Shown here: one piece after another, positions 9,600 to 17,563 of the stretch
How the letters are laid out: each line of letters opens with the position of its first letter
Numbering within the stretch: the first letter of the stretch is position 1
Virus record (IMG/VR): IMGVR_UViG_3300027851_000016
Location: 27,153-91,152 of that record
Source of the DNA: a virus
Direction: 5' to 3' (one strand)
Length of the DNA stretch: 64,000 nt
The notes under the pieces: model-generated
What the model saw: only the letters and a program-made list of their open reading frames with translations
The model's database searches: none
What the model was told of the DNA's origin: nothing
Position numbers and translations under genes: made by a program

Positions 9600-10081
9600 T
9601 GGATAAGCAGTACAGCGCGGAAGAGCACCAGCTGCTGGAGGCTGGACTCAAGTTCGTGCAGACGAGTGGTGTTCCCATGACGAAGGTGGCGTGGGGGCTG
9701 GCAAGCATCATCGGGAGACAGGACAACGCTGTGTACCATCGCATGCAGTCGATGGCCAGTGGCTCGTTCGACCCGACAGCTGAGCTGGACGAGGATGTGA
9801 CCGACGAGGATGAACGACTCGACCGCAGGGTCGGTGAGGTCGTTGCTGCAAGAGTGGCGAGTATCAAGTCGTATGGAGCGCTCTGCGTGGTGGAGGGTAC
9901 GACGCGGGCGCTGCTGCTACATGTCAGCGAGATAGCCGACGAGTACATAGACGACGTGAACGAGTACCTGGCTGTCGGGGATGTCGTCCAGGCGATTCTC
10001 GTAGTGAGCACGAAAGAGGACAGGCTCGCCTTGTCAACGAAGCGCATTGGGACTGTCAAGCGGAAGACCCCGAAGGCGTGA
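9599..10081 (+). CDS. Myb/HTH-like domain fused to an S1 RNA-binding domain
   Basis: C-terminal VGEVVAARVASIKSYGA...LHVSEIADEYIDDVNEYLAVGDVV...LALSTK is an S1 domain; N-terminal YSAEEHQLL...IIGRQDNAVYHR is Myb-like. Confidence 0.75.
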   Translation: MDKQYSAEEHQLLEAGLKFVQTSGVPMTKVAWGLASIIGRQDNAVYHRMQSMASGSFDPTAELDEDVTDEDERLDRRVGEVVAARVASIKSYGALCVVEGTTRALLLHVSEIADEYIDDVNEYLAVGDVVQAILVVSTKEDRLALSTKRIGTVKRKTPKA

Positions 10082-10380
10082 GCGGGTACGAAGAAGGCTT
10101 CGATGCCGCACAGACAGAAGATGTGACCTCGATTCGAGTGCAGGTAGGCCCATGGCTCGACATGGTGGCGACTGGTCCACGAGTGGCGGTGGCACTGGAG
10201 ACGTTCCTGAAGGTGCACGGAGGGAAGTTGCGGGAGGAGGGGGAAGTCAGCTTCCTGTACCTCTGCCGTGATTGGTTCAGGATGCGGGAGTTCGACGCGC
10301 ACATCGAACCGTGCAGCGACCTGAACAGGTTCCAGAAGATGTTCTTGAACCGACTGCTCAAGATAGACGGGAAGCCATAG
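10078..10380 (+). CDS. Hypothetical protein
   Basis: GTGA-coupled ORF ending the operon. Confidence 0.65.
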   Translation: MSGYEEGFDAAQTEDVTSIRVQVGPWLDMVATGPRVAVALETFLKVHGGKLREEGEVSFLYLCRDWFRMREFDAHIEPCSDLNRFQKMFLNRLLKIDGKP

Positions 10381-10512
10381 CTGTCACGACTTGTCAGCAG
10401 AATAGCTCGAAACGGACCCTCGTTCGCTCGAAAGGCGGCGGGGGTCTTGTCATGAGTGGTTGTGTTGTCAGTAGAGGGGGATGTAGAGTTGTCAGCAAGG
10501 TGTTAGTTGTCA
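10381..10512. repeat. Cluster of TTGTCA(G) direct repeats in a non-coding gap
   Basis: TTGTCA at 10391, 10447, 10465, 10489, 10507, plus CTGTCA at 10381. Confidence 0.75.
10415..10450 (+). terminator. GC-rich hairpin, probable terminator of the modification operon
   Basis: GACCCTCG...CGAA...CGGGGGTC followed by TTGT. Confidence 0.45.
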
Positions 10513-10636
10513 GTCGGAATCGAAGGCGGCGGCGGGCACCGAAAAAGCGGGGAAACGTATGGTGTATGCTCGGAAGATAGTAAGAGCAGGCAACGTACGC
10601 CGAACAGTACAAGACACGCAGGGAGTGACAGGACAG

Positions 10637-10848
10637 TGGCACAGGCAGAGGCATGCGGTCAGCGAGGTCCCGCTACAGACCCGCGCAGGGACGACAGTCC
10701 AGTCCTCGTCAGGGTGACGCCCTCGTTCTTGGAGACGGTGATTGCCCAGTCAAGTCCGCCAGGATTCGCACGGTTCGTCACGTGGCGTGAGCCTGATGCG
10801 AACGGTGTGTACACGCCGATGGTCACGCAGGTGAAGTGCGATGGCTGA
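10637..10848 (+). CDS. Small hypothetical protein
   Basis: GTG start after a purine-rich leader; overlaps the next start. Confidence 0.45.
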
Positions 10849-11482
10849 GAAGAAGGCCGCTCGTAGGCAACGCTCAGACGCGTTCTCCGACCTGAAGGCC
10901 ATGTACTGCTACGGTGACATGGACAAGAAGGTCAAGGCAGGTATTGCCGTCGAGGAGATTGCCCGCTGGCTACAGGAGGACTGTTTCCAGTTGCTGGGAA
11001 TCAAGAGGGACAGTCTGGTACGGAAGCTGTACAGGTACAAGGCCCAGCTGCCCGCTGCCGACCTGGTGAAGAACCCGCCCCTGTACCTGGAGAGGGCGAT
11101 TGAGAAGCTCAGGCGCGGAGTGAACGAGGTCGAGGAGCTAGAGAAGCTGTACCTGCTCCAGTTGAAGCGCATCAGCATGGATGCCGAGACCGAGGAACGC
11201 ATCACGAAACTGTTCAGCGGGACGAACGCTGAGATTCGGACGGCAGCAGACCTGCTCGCTAAGATGATGCAGATGAAGCAGGAACTCGGTATCGTCCAGA
11301 AGGTGCCTGACCGCATCGACCTCGGTGGTGGGGTCAACGTCGGTCACCTGGTAGACGAGGATACCGACGAGGGTACGAAGGCCAAGTTGGGACTACTGGC
11401 TGGCAAGTTGCTCGATGCGATGGGAAAGTCGGTAGCAGAGGCGGAGAAGACGCAGGACGAGGAGGATTCTGATGTTGGCTGA
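10841..11482 (+). CDS. Probable terminase small subunit
   Basis: N-terminal HTH-like helices, central coiled coil, C-terminal beta segment; lies upstream of TerL. Confidence 0.55.
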   Translation: MAEKKAARRQRSDAFSDLKAMYCYGDMDKKVKAGIAVEEIARWLQEDCFQLLGIKRDSLVRKLYRYKAQLPAADLVKNPPLYLERAIEKLRRGVNEVEELEKLYLLQLKRISMDAETEERITKLFSGTNAEIRTAADLLAKMMQMKQELGIVQKVPDRIDLGGGVNVGHLVDEDTDEGTKAKLGLLAGKLLDAMGKSVAEAEKTQDEEDSDVG

Positions 11483-11642
11483 GGTGTTCGTGCTGATTGC
11501 CGTCAGTGCCATCGCTAGTGCGCTGGTCCTGTTCCTGCCTCGGAAGGAAGACCGTGTGAAGAGCTTGTCGCTGCCCGAGAATCCGAGTACTGGGCAGAAT
11601 CCGTTCGATGTTGACCTGGGGTCTGGAGAGGAACAGTCATGA
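11472..11642 (+). CDS. Small membrane-anchored protein
   Basis: GGAGGA SD; N-terminal hydrophobic helix MLAEVFVLIAVSAIASALVLFL. Confidence 0.55.
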   Translation: MLAEVFVLIAVSAIASALVLFLPRKEDRVKSLSLPENPSTGQNPFDVDLGSGEEQS

Positions 11643-11902
11643 AGGTGCAGGTAGTGGTGAGTATGAGCGGCCAGTTCACGCTCGAAGTCGAGGGGGTGGA
11701 CAAGGTCACCGCTGATGACATCATCGCGAAGGCCACTGAGATGTGGGGAGTCTCGCCCGATGAGCTGTTCCAGCCGTTCGTCGTGGCGGCGAGCATGAGT
11801 AGTGGTGGGCATCGTCTGCTCGAAGGGACGGACAATGTCCTGGAGGGCCTTGGCGACGGCAGCATGCTCCGTGTGGCAATGCCCCTCCGAGCGAAGGACT
11901 GA
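11639..11902 (+). CDS. Ubiquitin-like (beta-grasp) protein
   Basis: FTLEVEGVD..ADDIIAKATEMWGVSPDE...LE...GSMLRVAMPLR follows the ubiquitin/YukD pattern. Confidence 0.55.
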   Translation: MKVQVVVSMSGQFTLEVEGVDKVTADDIIAKATEMWGVSPDELFQPFVVAASMSSGGHRLLEGTDNVLEGLGDGSMLRVAMPLRAKD

Positions 11903-11905
11903 CCG

Positions 11906-12229
11906 ATGCTGAGACCAAGTCTGGTGCGGGCCATCGGCGTGGAGATGCGGGCGGCTCAGGACAAGCATGGAGACCAGTACGTCGAGAACCTGACGATGCG
12001 TTCCTCGATTGACCTGCACCTCGTGCATTCGATGGTGTCTGCTGGTGCGATGGCGCGGTCGATGTGCGACGAGGGGTACCCGACTCAGCTGGCCGTCCTC
12101 ATGGAAGAGGTCGGTGAGGTGGTCGAGGCGGTGCTTGCTGGGAGCGACCCGACAGAGGAACTGATTCAGGTGGCGGCGATGGCAGCGGCCATGGCCCAGA
12201 AGCAGATGGGGGAGGTTGACGAGGGGTGA
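11906..12229 (+). CDS. MazG-like NTP pyrophosphohydrolase
   Basis: LMEEVGEVVEA...EELIQVAAMA (EExxE...EL). Confidence 0.7.
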   Translation: MLRPSLVRAIGVEMRAAQDKHGDQYVENLTMRSSIDLHLVHSMVSAGAMARSMCDEGYPTQLAVLMEEVGEVVEAVLAGSDPTEELIQVAAMAAAMAQKQMGEVDEG

Positions 12230-12537
12230 GTGAGTTGACCACTGACCCGAAGGACCCGAGACTCGGTCATGGGGTGGACACCGAACCAGTACCACAGAAT
12301 GAGGCGTACCTCGTCCTGTCGGAGGAGGAGCGTGCGCAGGGATTCGTCCGTCCTGTTCGCAGGGCATACGTGCACAAGACGTGCGGGTCCCTGACGATGA
12401 TGAGTCGGGCAATAGCTGAGACCTACGCTCGTGACCCGAAGTTCTACGGAGCGACGTACTGCTGCGCATGCCAGAAGCACCTGCCAGTCAGCGAGTTCGC
12501 CTGGGATGACGGTGTCGGAACGCCCGTCGGTTCCTGA
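12226..12537 (+). CDS. Small Zn-binding protein
   Basis: HxxC...YARDPKFYGATYCCAC. Confidence 0.7.
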   Translation: MSELTTDPKDPRLGHGVDTEPVPQNEAYLVLSEEERAQGFVRPVRRAYVHKTCGSLTMMSRAIAETYARDPKFYGATYCCACQKHLPVSEFAWDDGVGTPVGS

Positions 12538-12549
12538 AAAGGAGTGGCT

Positions 12550-12700
12550 GTGGCAAAGCATCGCAAGAAGGCCAACCGAACGGCACGGGCGGGCTGTCAC
12601 TACTGCAAGCCCTGGAAGTTGCGTTTGAGGGGCCGCACCTCGCCAGACTTCGAATCGTTCTCGGCGCACCGTAGGCGCGTGACTATAGGAGAGGACTAGA
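12550..12700 (+). CDS. Small basic CxxC protein
   Basis: AAGGAG SD, GTG start, MAKHRKK...GCHYCKPWK. Confidence 0.5.
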
Positions 12701-12701
12701 C

Positions 12702-12833
12702 ATGAGTCTCGTACCACCGTCGAAGTTCGACCAGGGCAGGTTCGCTCTTGCATACCTGACGATTGTCATGACGGTCGCAGGGGCGTGCGGAGTCACATGG
12801 TTGGTGGCCAAGCTGTTTGGCATGCTTCCGTGA
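12702..12833 (+). CDS. Small membrane protein
   Basis: GAGGA SD; hydrophobic stretch; stop overlaps the TerL GTG. Confidence 0.5.
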   Translation: MSLVPPSKFDQGRFALAYLTIVMTVAGACGVTWLVAKLFGMLP

Positions 12834-15799
12834 TAGACCTGAACGACCTCCGACTGAAGCCGATGCTCGATGAGTTGACGCGTGGGTTCACGCAGTCGGA
12901 CATCGAACTGCTGAAGGCCGTGCTCAAGCAGAATCCTGGCAGCGAGATAGAGGTGCTGCAGGACCTGATGGGGTACACGTATAGGCACACGCCCGTACCG
13001 ACCCGCCAGTTCATCGAGGACCCGTACTACCTGGGGCTGCAGGGTCAGGTGTTCCCGAAGCTGCTGGATGACATCGAGGAGTTGTTCGAGGGGGAGTATG
13101 TCGAGGCGGTACTCACTGGCGCGATTGGGTGGGGTAAGGCGTGCAGCCTTGACACGCGGGTACCGACACGTCATGGGTGGACGACCTTTGGTGAAGTCAC
13201 GGTCGGGGACGAACTGTTCGATGAGCAGGGTAGGCTCTGTAAGGTAACCAAGAAGACAGAAGTCATGTACGACAGGCCCTGCTTCGAAGTCACGTTCTCA
13301 GATGGGACGAAGCTGGTTGCAGATGCGGAGCATCAGTGGCTTGCATCCGAGTGGTCTGAGCGAGCTAATGCTGCGCGGAGTGGGGGAGAGCTGCATGAGC
13401 GTGTGGTCACGACTGCGGAGATGGCAGCCAGCCTGAAGCACGGTCGAATGAACAACTGGGCTGTGCGGGTTGCAGAGGCACTGGACCTGCCAAAGCAGGT
13501 GCTACCAGTAGACCCATACGTGCTCGGTGTGTGGCTCGGAGACGGGAACTCAGCAGACGGTGCGTTCACGTGTTTCGACCCAGAGATTGTCGAGGAGATT
13601 CGCAGGCGAGGCTACGAGGTTCGTGAGCAGCACGCTTCGCAAGGAAGGTACACGATAGTAGGGCTGAAGGTGCAGTTGCGGGAGCTGGGCGTGCTTGGGA
13701 ACAAGCATGTGCCTGCCCTGTACTTTAGAGGTAGCATCGACCAGCGCACGGACTTGCTCAAGGGTTTGATGGATACGGATGGTTCGATTGAGACTTGTGG
13801 TCGTGCAGAGTTCGTCGGTGTGAGCAAAGCACTCGTAGAGTCCGTACGCGAACTCGCTGCAAGCCTCGGGCACAAGCCTGTGTGGTCAGAAGGAACAGCA
13901 CGTGTTGATGGCAAGGATTGTGGAGCAAAGTACCGAGTCCGATTCACGCCAGACACGCCTGTGTTCTGTTTGACTAGGAAGTTGGAGCGGCAACGCGTGG
14001 CGGGGAAGCAGGGACTGCGGAACAAGCGCAGGTACGTGACTGCTGTGGTTCCAGTAGAGAGTGTTCCAGTCAGGTGCATCGAAGTGGATTCACCATCGCA
14101 CTTGTTCCTGGTAGGTGACTGCTTCGTCCCGACGCACAACAGCACGTTCGCTGAGATAGCCCAGTGCCGCATGCTCTACGAAATCAGCTGCCTGAGAGAC
14201 CCGCAGAGGGTGTACGGACTGATGCGTGGGTCGGTCATCGTCCTGCTGAACGTCGGTGTGACGCGGACCAACGCCGAGAAGATTGTCTTCCAGGGGGTCA
14301 AGAACAAGCTGCACGCTGCCCCGTACTTCGTGGAGAAGTTCCCGTACGGGCCGTGGATGAACGAACTGAGGTTCCCGAACAACATCTGGCTGTTCCCCGC
14401 AACGCCGAGCGACAGTGGTGTCATCGGGTACAACGTCTTCGGCGGGGTCATGGACGAAGTGAACTTCATGAGCATCGTGGAGAAGTCGAACTCGTCTCGG
14501 GGTGGGACGGGTCGGTTCGACCAGGCGGAGACCCTGCACAAGTCTCTGATTCGACGGATGAAGTCCCGATTCATGAAGAAGGGCAAGCTCCCTGGCATCC
14601 TGCTGCAGATTTCGTCTAGTCGGTACCCCGAGGACTTCACCGAGCGCCGCATCAAGGAGGCTGAGGATGACCCGACGGTCTTCGTGCGTCGGTACAGCCA
14701 GTGGGACACGTTCCCCGAGGACAGATGGACTGGGAAGCGGTTCTGGATAAGCCTCGGAGACGGCACGGAACAGCCACGGGTGATACACGGCCCCGAGGAG
14801 CTGAAGGCGGCGGAGGACAAGGGCCTGCCCCTGTTGGATGTGCCCGAGGAGTTCGAGCGTGACTTCGAGGCTGACATCGACGCTGCGATTCGAGACCTGG
14901 CTGGTCGGCCTACGCTCACGATTCGCCCGTACATCCGCTACCGACACAAGGTGGCGGAGGCGCTGGCGCGGGGCGAGACCGAGTTGGGTCTGGTGCACCC
15001 GTTCTCGAAGACGGAGTCCACGCTGAAGGATGGCGGCTCGTTCGTACTGGAGAAGCTCGCCATCCCGAGGCTCAAGCAGCAGATTGCGAGTGGCACACTG
15101 GGGGACGTGGAACTGGCAGCAGCCAAGGACGAGCTTGCGTTCCTGAAGAGCAAGCCCCGCTTCGTCCATGCTGACCTCTCGGTCACGGGGGACAGCACGG
15201 GTATCGCGATGGGTTACGTCCGTGGGTACCGTGAGGTGGTCAGACGGAACGAGGCGGGGGAGCAGTACACGACGCGTATGCCCATCGTCGTGATTGAGTT
15301 CATGCTCAGGGTGAACCCACCGCAGAACGGCGAGATTGAGTTCGCTGACGTGCGGTCGCTCGTACTGGAGCTGCGGAGCTACGGGTACCCGATTCGAAGC
15401 GTCACGTTCGACTCGTTCCAGTCCCGTGACTCGATGCAGGCGTTCAAGCGGGTAGGAATCGACTCGTCGCACCTGTCGGCGGACACGAACCTTGAGGTGT
15501 ATGCTGCGTACAAGGATGCGCTCTACGAGGACAGGTTCATCACGTACCAGTACGACAAGCTGTTCGAGGAGACCATCCGACTGGAGAAGAACGAGAAGAC
15601 GGGAAGGGTGGACCACCCTGCGAACGGTTCGAAGGACGTGGCAGATGCGGTCGCTTGCGTATGCTACGGCTGCGTCAAGGACGGCATCAGGTCCCCCGCT
15701 CCGCCTCCGTCGTACGGCGACATGTCCACGCCACGACAGTCGTCAGCGGTGCCCACGATGGGGGAAGTGGAACCGAGAGTTCCCGAGATAGTCACGTAG
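12830..15799 (+). CDS. terL: Terminase large subunit (intein-containing)
   Basis: Walker A TGAIGWGK|ST split by an intein, Walker B GVMDEV, nuclease motifs HADLS and DHPANGSKDVADA. Confidence 0.93.
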   Translation: MIDLNDLRLKPMLDELTRGFTQSDIELLKAVLKQNPGSEIEVLQDLMGYTYRHTPVPTRQFIEDPYYLGLQGQVFPKLLDDIEELFEGEYVEAVLTGAIGWGKACSLDTRVPTRHGWTTFGEVTVGDELFDEQGRLCKVTKKTEVMYDRPCFEVTFSDGTKLVADAEHQWLASEWSERANAARSGGELHERVVTTAEMAASLKHGRMNNWAVRVAEALDLPKQVLPVDPYVLGVWLGDGNSADGAFTCFDPEIVEEIRRRGYEVREQHASQGRYTIVGLKVQLRELGVLGNKHVPALYFRGSIDQRTDLLKGLMDTDGSIETCGRAEFVGVSKALVESVRELAASLGHKPVWSEGTARVDGKDCGAKYRVRFTPDTPVFCLTRKLERQRVAGKQGLRNKRRYVTAVVPVESVPVRCIEVDSPSHLFLVGDCFVPTHNSTFAEIAQCRMLYEISCLRDPQRVYGLMRGSVIVLLNVGVTRTNAEKIVFQGVKNKLHAAPYFVEKFPYGPWMNELRFPNNIWLFPATPSDSGVIGYNVFGGVMDEVNFMSIVEKSNSSRGGTGRFDQAETLHKSLIRRMKSRFMKKGKLPGILLQISSSRYPEDFTERRIKEAEDDPTVFVRRYSQWDTFPEDRWTGKRFWISLGDGTEQPRVIHGPEELKAAEDKGLPLLDVPEEFERDFEADIDAAIRDLAGRPTLTIRPYIRYRHKVAEALARGETELGLVHPFSKTESTLKDGGSFVLEKLAIPRLKQQIASGTLGDVELAAAKDELAFLKSKPRFVHADLSVTGDSTGIAMGYVRGYREVVRRNEAGEQYTTRMPIVVIEFMLRVNPPQNGEIEFADVRSLVLELRSYGYPIRSVTFDSFQSRDSMQAFKRVGIDSSHLSADTNLEVYAAYKDALYEDRFITYQYDKLFEETIRLEKNEKTGRVDHPANGSKDVADAVACVCYGCVKDGIRSPAPPPSYGDMSTPRQSSAVPTMGEVEPRVPEIVT
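13139..14140 (+). mobile_element. Class 3 intein (334 aa) with a LAGLIDADG homing endonuclease
   Basis: Starts A-C-S-L-D-T and ends VPTHN|S. WCT triplet (HQW, VRCIEV, PTHN); LGVWLGDG and LKGLMDTDG. Confidence 0.92.
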
Positions 15800-15832
15800 G
15801 TAGTAGACTGTGCGAGAAGGGAGGCGAGGTCC

Positions 15833-17536
15833 TTGGCTACGTTGCGCGAAGAGATAGTCCAGCGGCTCACCGACCTGTTCCGCAGGAGTCCAGCTGGAGA
15901 GCCTGTACCTGACACCGACTCGTCCATCGAGACGCGGAAGAGCGGGGAGAATGGCGCACAGCAGAGCACTGGTGCGTGGGACTGGTACAGTGATGAGGTG
16001 GCCCTTGAGGGTAAGCGCAAGGGCAAGTACGAAGAGTATGCCCGCATGGATACTGAGTCGGTGGAGATTGCCTCGGCGCTTGACATCTATGCTGACAACG
16101 CCACGAGTGGCGAGCGGGATGAGGATAGCATCATCGAAATCGTCTCCGACTCGGAGAAGGTCATCGAGGTGCTGGATGAGATGGTCGAACGGCTCGACCT
16201 CGACGCGGACCTGTGGAGCATCGCCCGTGAGATGGTCAAGTACGGGGACTGCTTCGAAGAGGTCGTCGCGTACCCCGATGGCGAGGTACACCGCCTGAAG
16301 CACCTGGACCCCGAGGGGATTCGGGTCAAGCAAGACCAGTGGGGACGGCCCGACCCTGAGTTCCCGTTCGTCCAGGCGGACTCGACGGGTGAAGAGAAGG
16401 CCAAGTTCAGGGAGTGGCAGATACTGCACTTCCGCATGATGAAGGACCGCGAGTCCAAGTACGGGGTGGATGGTTCGCTCCTGTACCCGATTCGCAAGGT
16501 GTTCAAGCAACTGGCCATGATTGAGGACAGCATGGTCATCGCCCGTCTGACCCGTGCCCAGCAGCGGTTCGGGTTCCGTATCGACGTGACGGGCATCGAA
16601 CCTGGCCAGCCGACCGTGGACTACCTGAACGAGGTCAAGGGGACGCTCAAGAAGAAGCGGACCATCGACCCTGTGACGGGCCAGATGGACATGAAGTACA
16701 ACCCGCTGTCAGTCGAGGAGGACATCTTCTTGCCTGTACGTGAGGGTGGCGGTTCGGATGTGAAGGTCCTGCAGGGTGCGTCGAACCTCGGTCAGTTGGC
16801 GGATGTCGAGTACTTCAGCAAGAAGCTCTTCGCTGGCCTGAAGGTCCCGAGAGCCTGGATGGGCTTCGAGGGTGACACGAAGGCACGGGCGGTCATCACC
16901 GAACTGGATGTGCAGTTCGCCAGGACGATTCGGCGTGTCCAGCAGAGCCTTGGGCGGGAGTTGCGGAAGCTCTTCGACCTTGTCTTGCTGTCGCGGGGAA
17001 TCGACCCTGCAGTGAATGAGTACTCGATTCGGCTCCCAGTCCTGTCCACGGTGGATGAACTGCGTGAGTGGCAACTGAAGCTCGTCAAGACGAACGTGGC
17101 GAAGGCGTACAAGAACGACCTCGCTGTCAGCACGGTCTGGGTGTACAAGAACCTGCTCGACATGACCGACGAGGACATCGAGGAGATGCTGGACGCGCTG
17201 GAGGACCCAGAGAGCCTGGACAACCGTCTGGCGAACGCACGGACTCCCGATGCGCTCAAGCCAGATGACCCAGCCAAGCCTGGTGCGAAGGCACCGAAGA
17301 CGGGAGCGACCGAGCCTGGTCCTGAAGGGGACACTGGCACGGCACCGCAGGGTGGGGTCAAGACCAGCACCATCGTCCAGCCCGAGCCTGATGGCGCGGC
17401 AGGGACTGCGGAGTCATTGTCACGGCGTGAGATTCGGATTCTGAGGAACAAGCTCAAGAGTGACCTGAGAGCACTCGATGAGTTGACAGAGTGGGCGTAT
17501 GAGGGCAGGACAGGTAAGGTACTGACGCATAGGTAG
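15833..17536 (+). CDS. Portal protein, T4 gp20-like
   Basis: EIASALDIYAD, LAMIEDSMVIARLTRA, EEDIFLPVREGG, DVEYFSKKLFAGLKVP. Confidence 0.92.
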   Translation: MATLREEIVQRLTDLFRRSPAGEPVPDTDSSIETRKSGENGAQQSTGAWDWYSDEVALEGKRKGKYEEYARMDTESVEIASALDIYADNATSGERDEDSIIEIVSDSEKVIEVLDEMVERLDLDADLWSIAREMVKYGDCFEEVVAYPDGEVHRLKHLDPEGIRVKQDQWGRPDPEFPFVQADSTGEEKAKFREWQILHFRMMKDRESKYGVDGSLLYPIRKVFKQLAMIEDSMVIARLTRAQQRFGFRIDVTGIEPGQPTVDYLNEVKGTLKKKRTIDPVTGQMDMKYNPLSVEEDIFLPVREGGGSDVKVLQGASNLGQLADVEYFSKKLFAGLKVPRAWMGFEGDTKARAVITELDVQFARTIRRVQQSLGRELRKLFDLVLLSRGIDPAVNEYSIRLPVLSTVDELREWQLKLVKTNVAKAYKNDLAVSTVWVYKNLLDMTDEDIEEMLDALEDPESLDNRLANARTPDALKPDDPAKPGAKAPKTGATEPGPEGDTGTAPQGGVKTSTIVQPEPDGAAGTAESLSRREIRILRNKLKSDLRALDELTEWAYEGRTGKVLTHR

Positions 17537-17563
17537 CAACTGGACGAAGTAAGGGAGGGCAAG

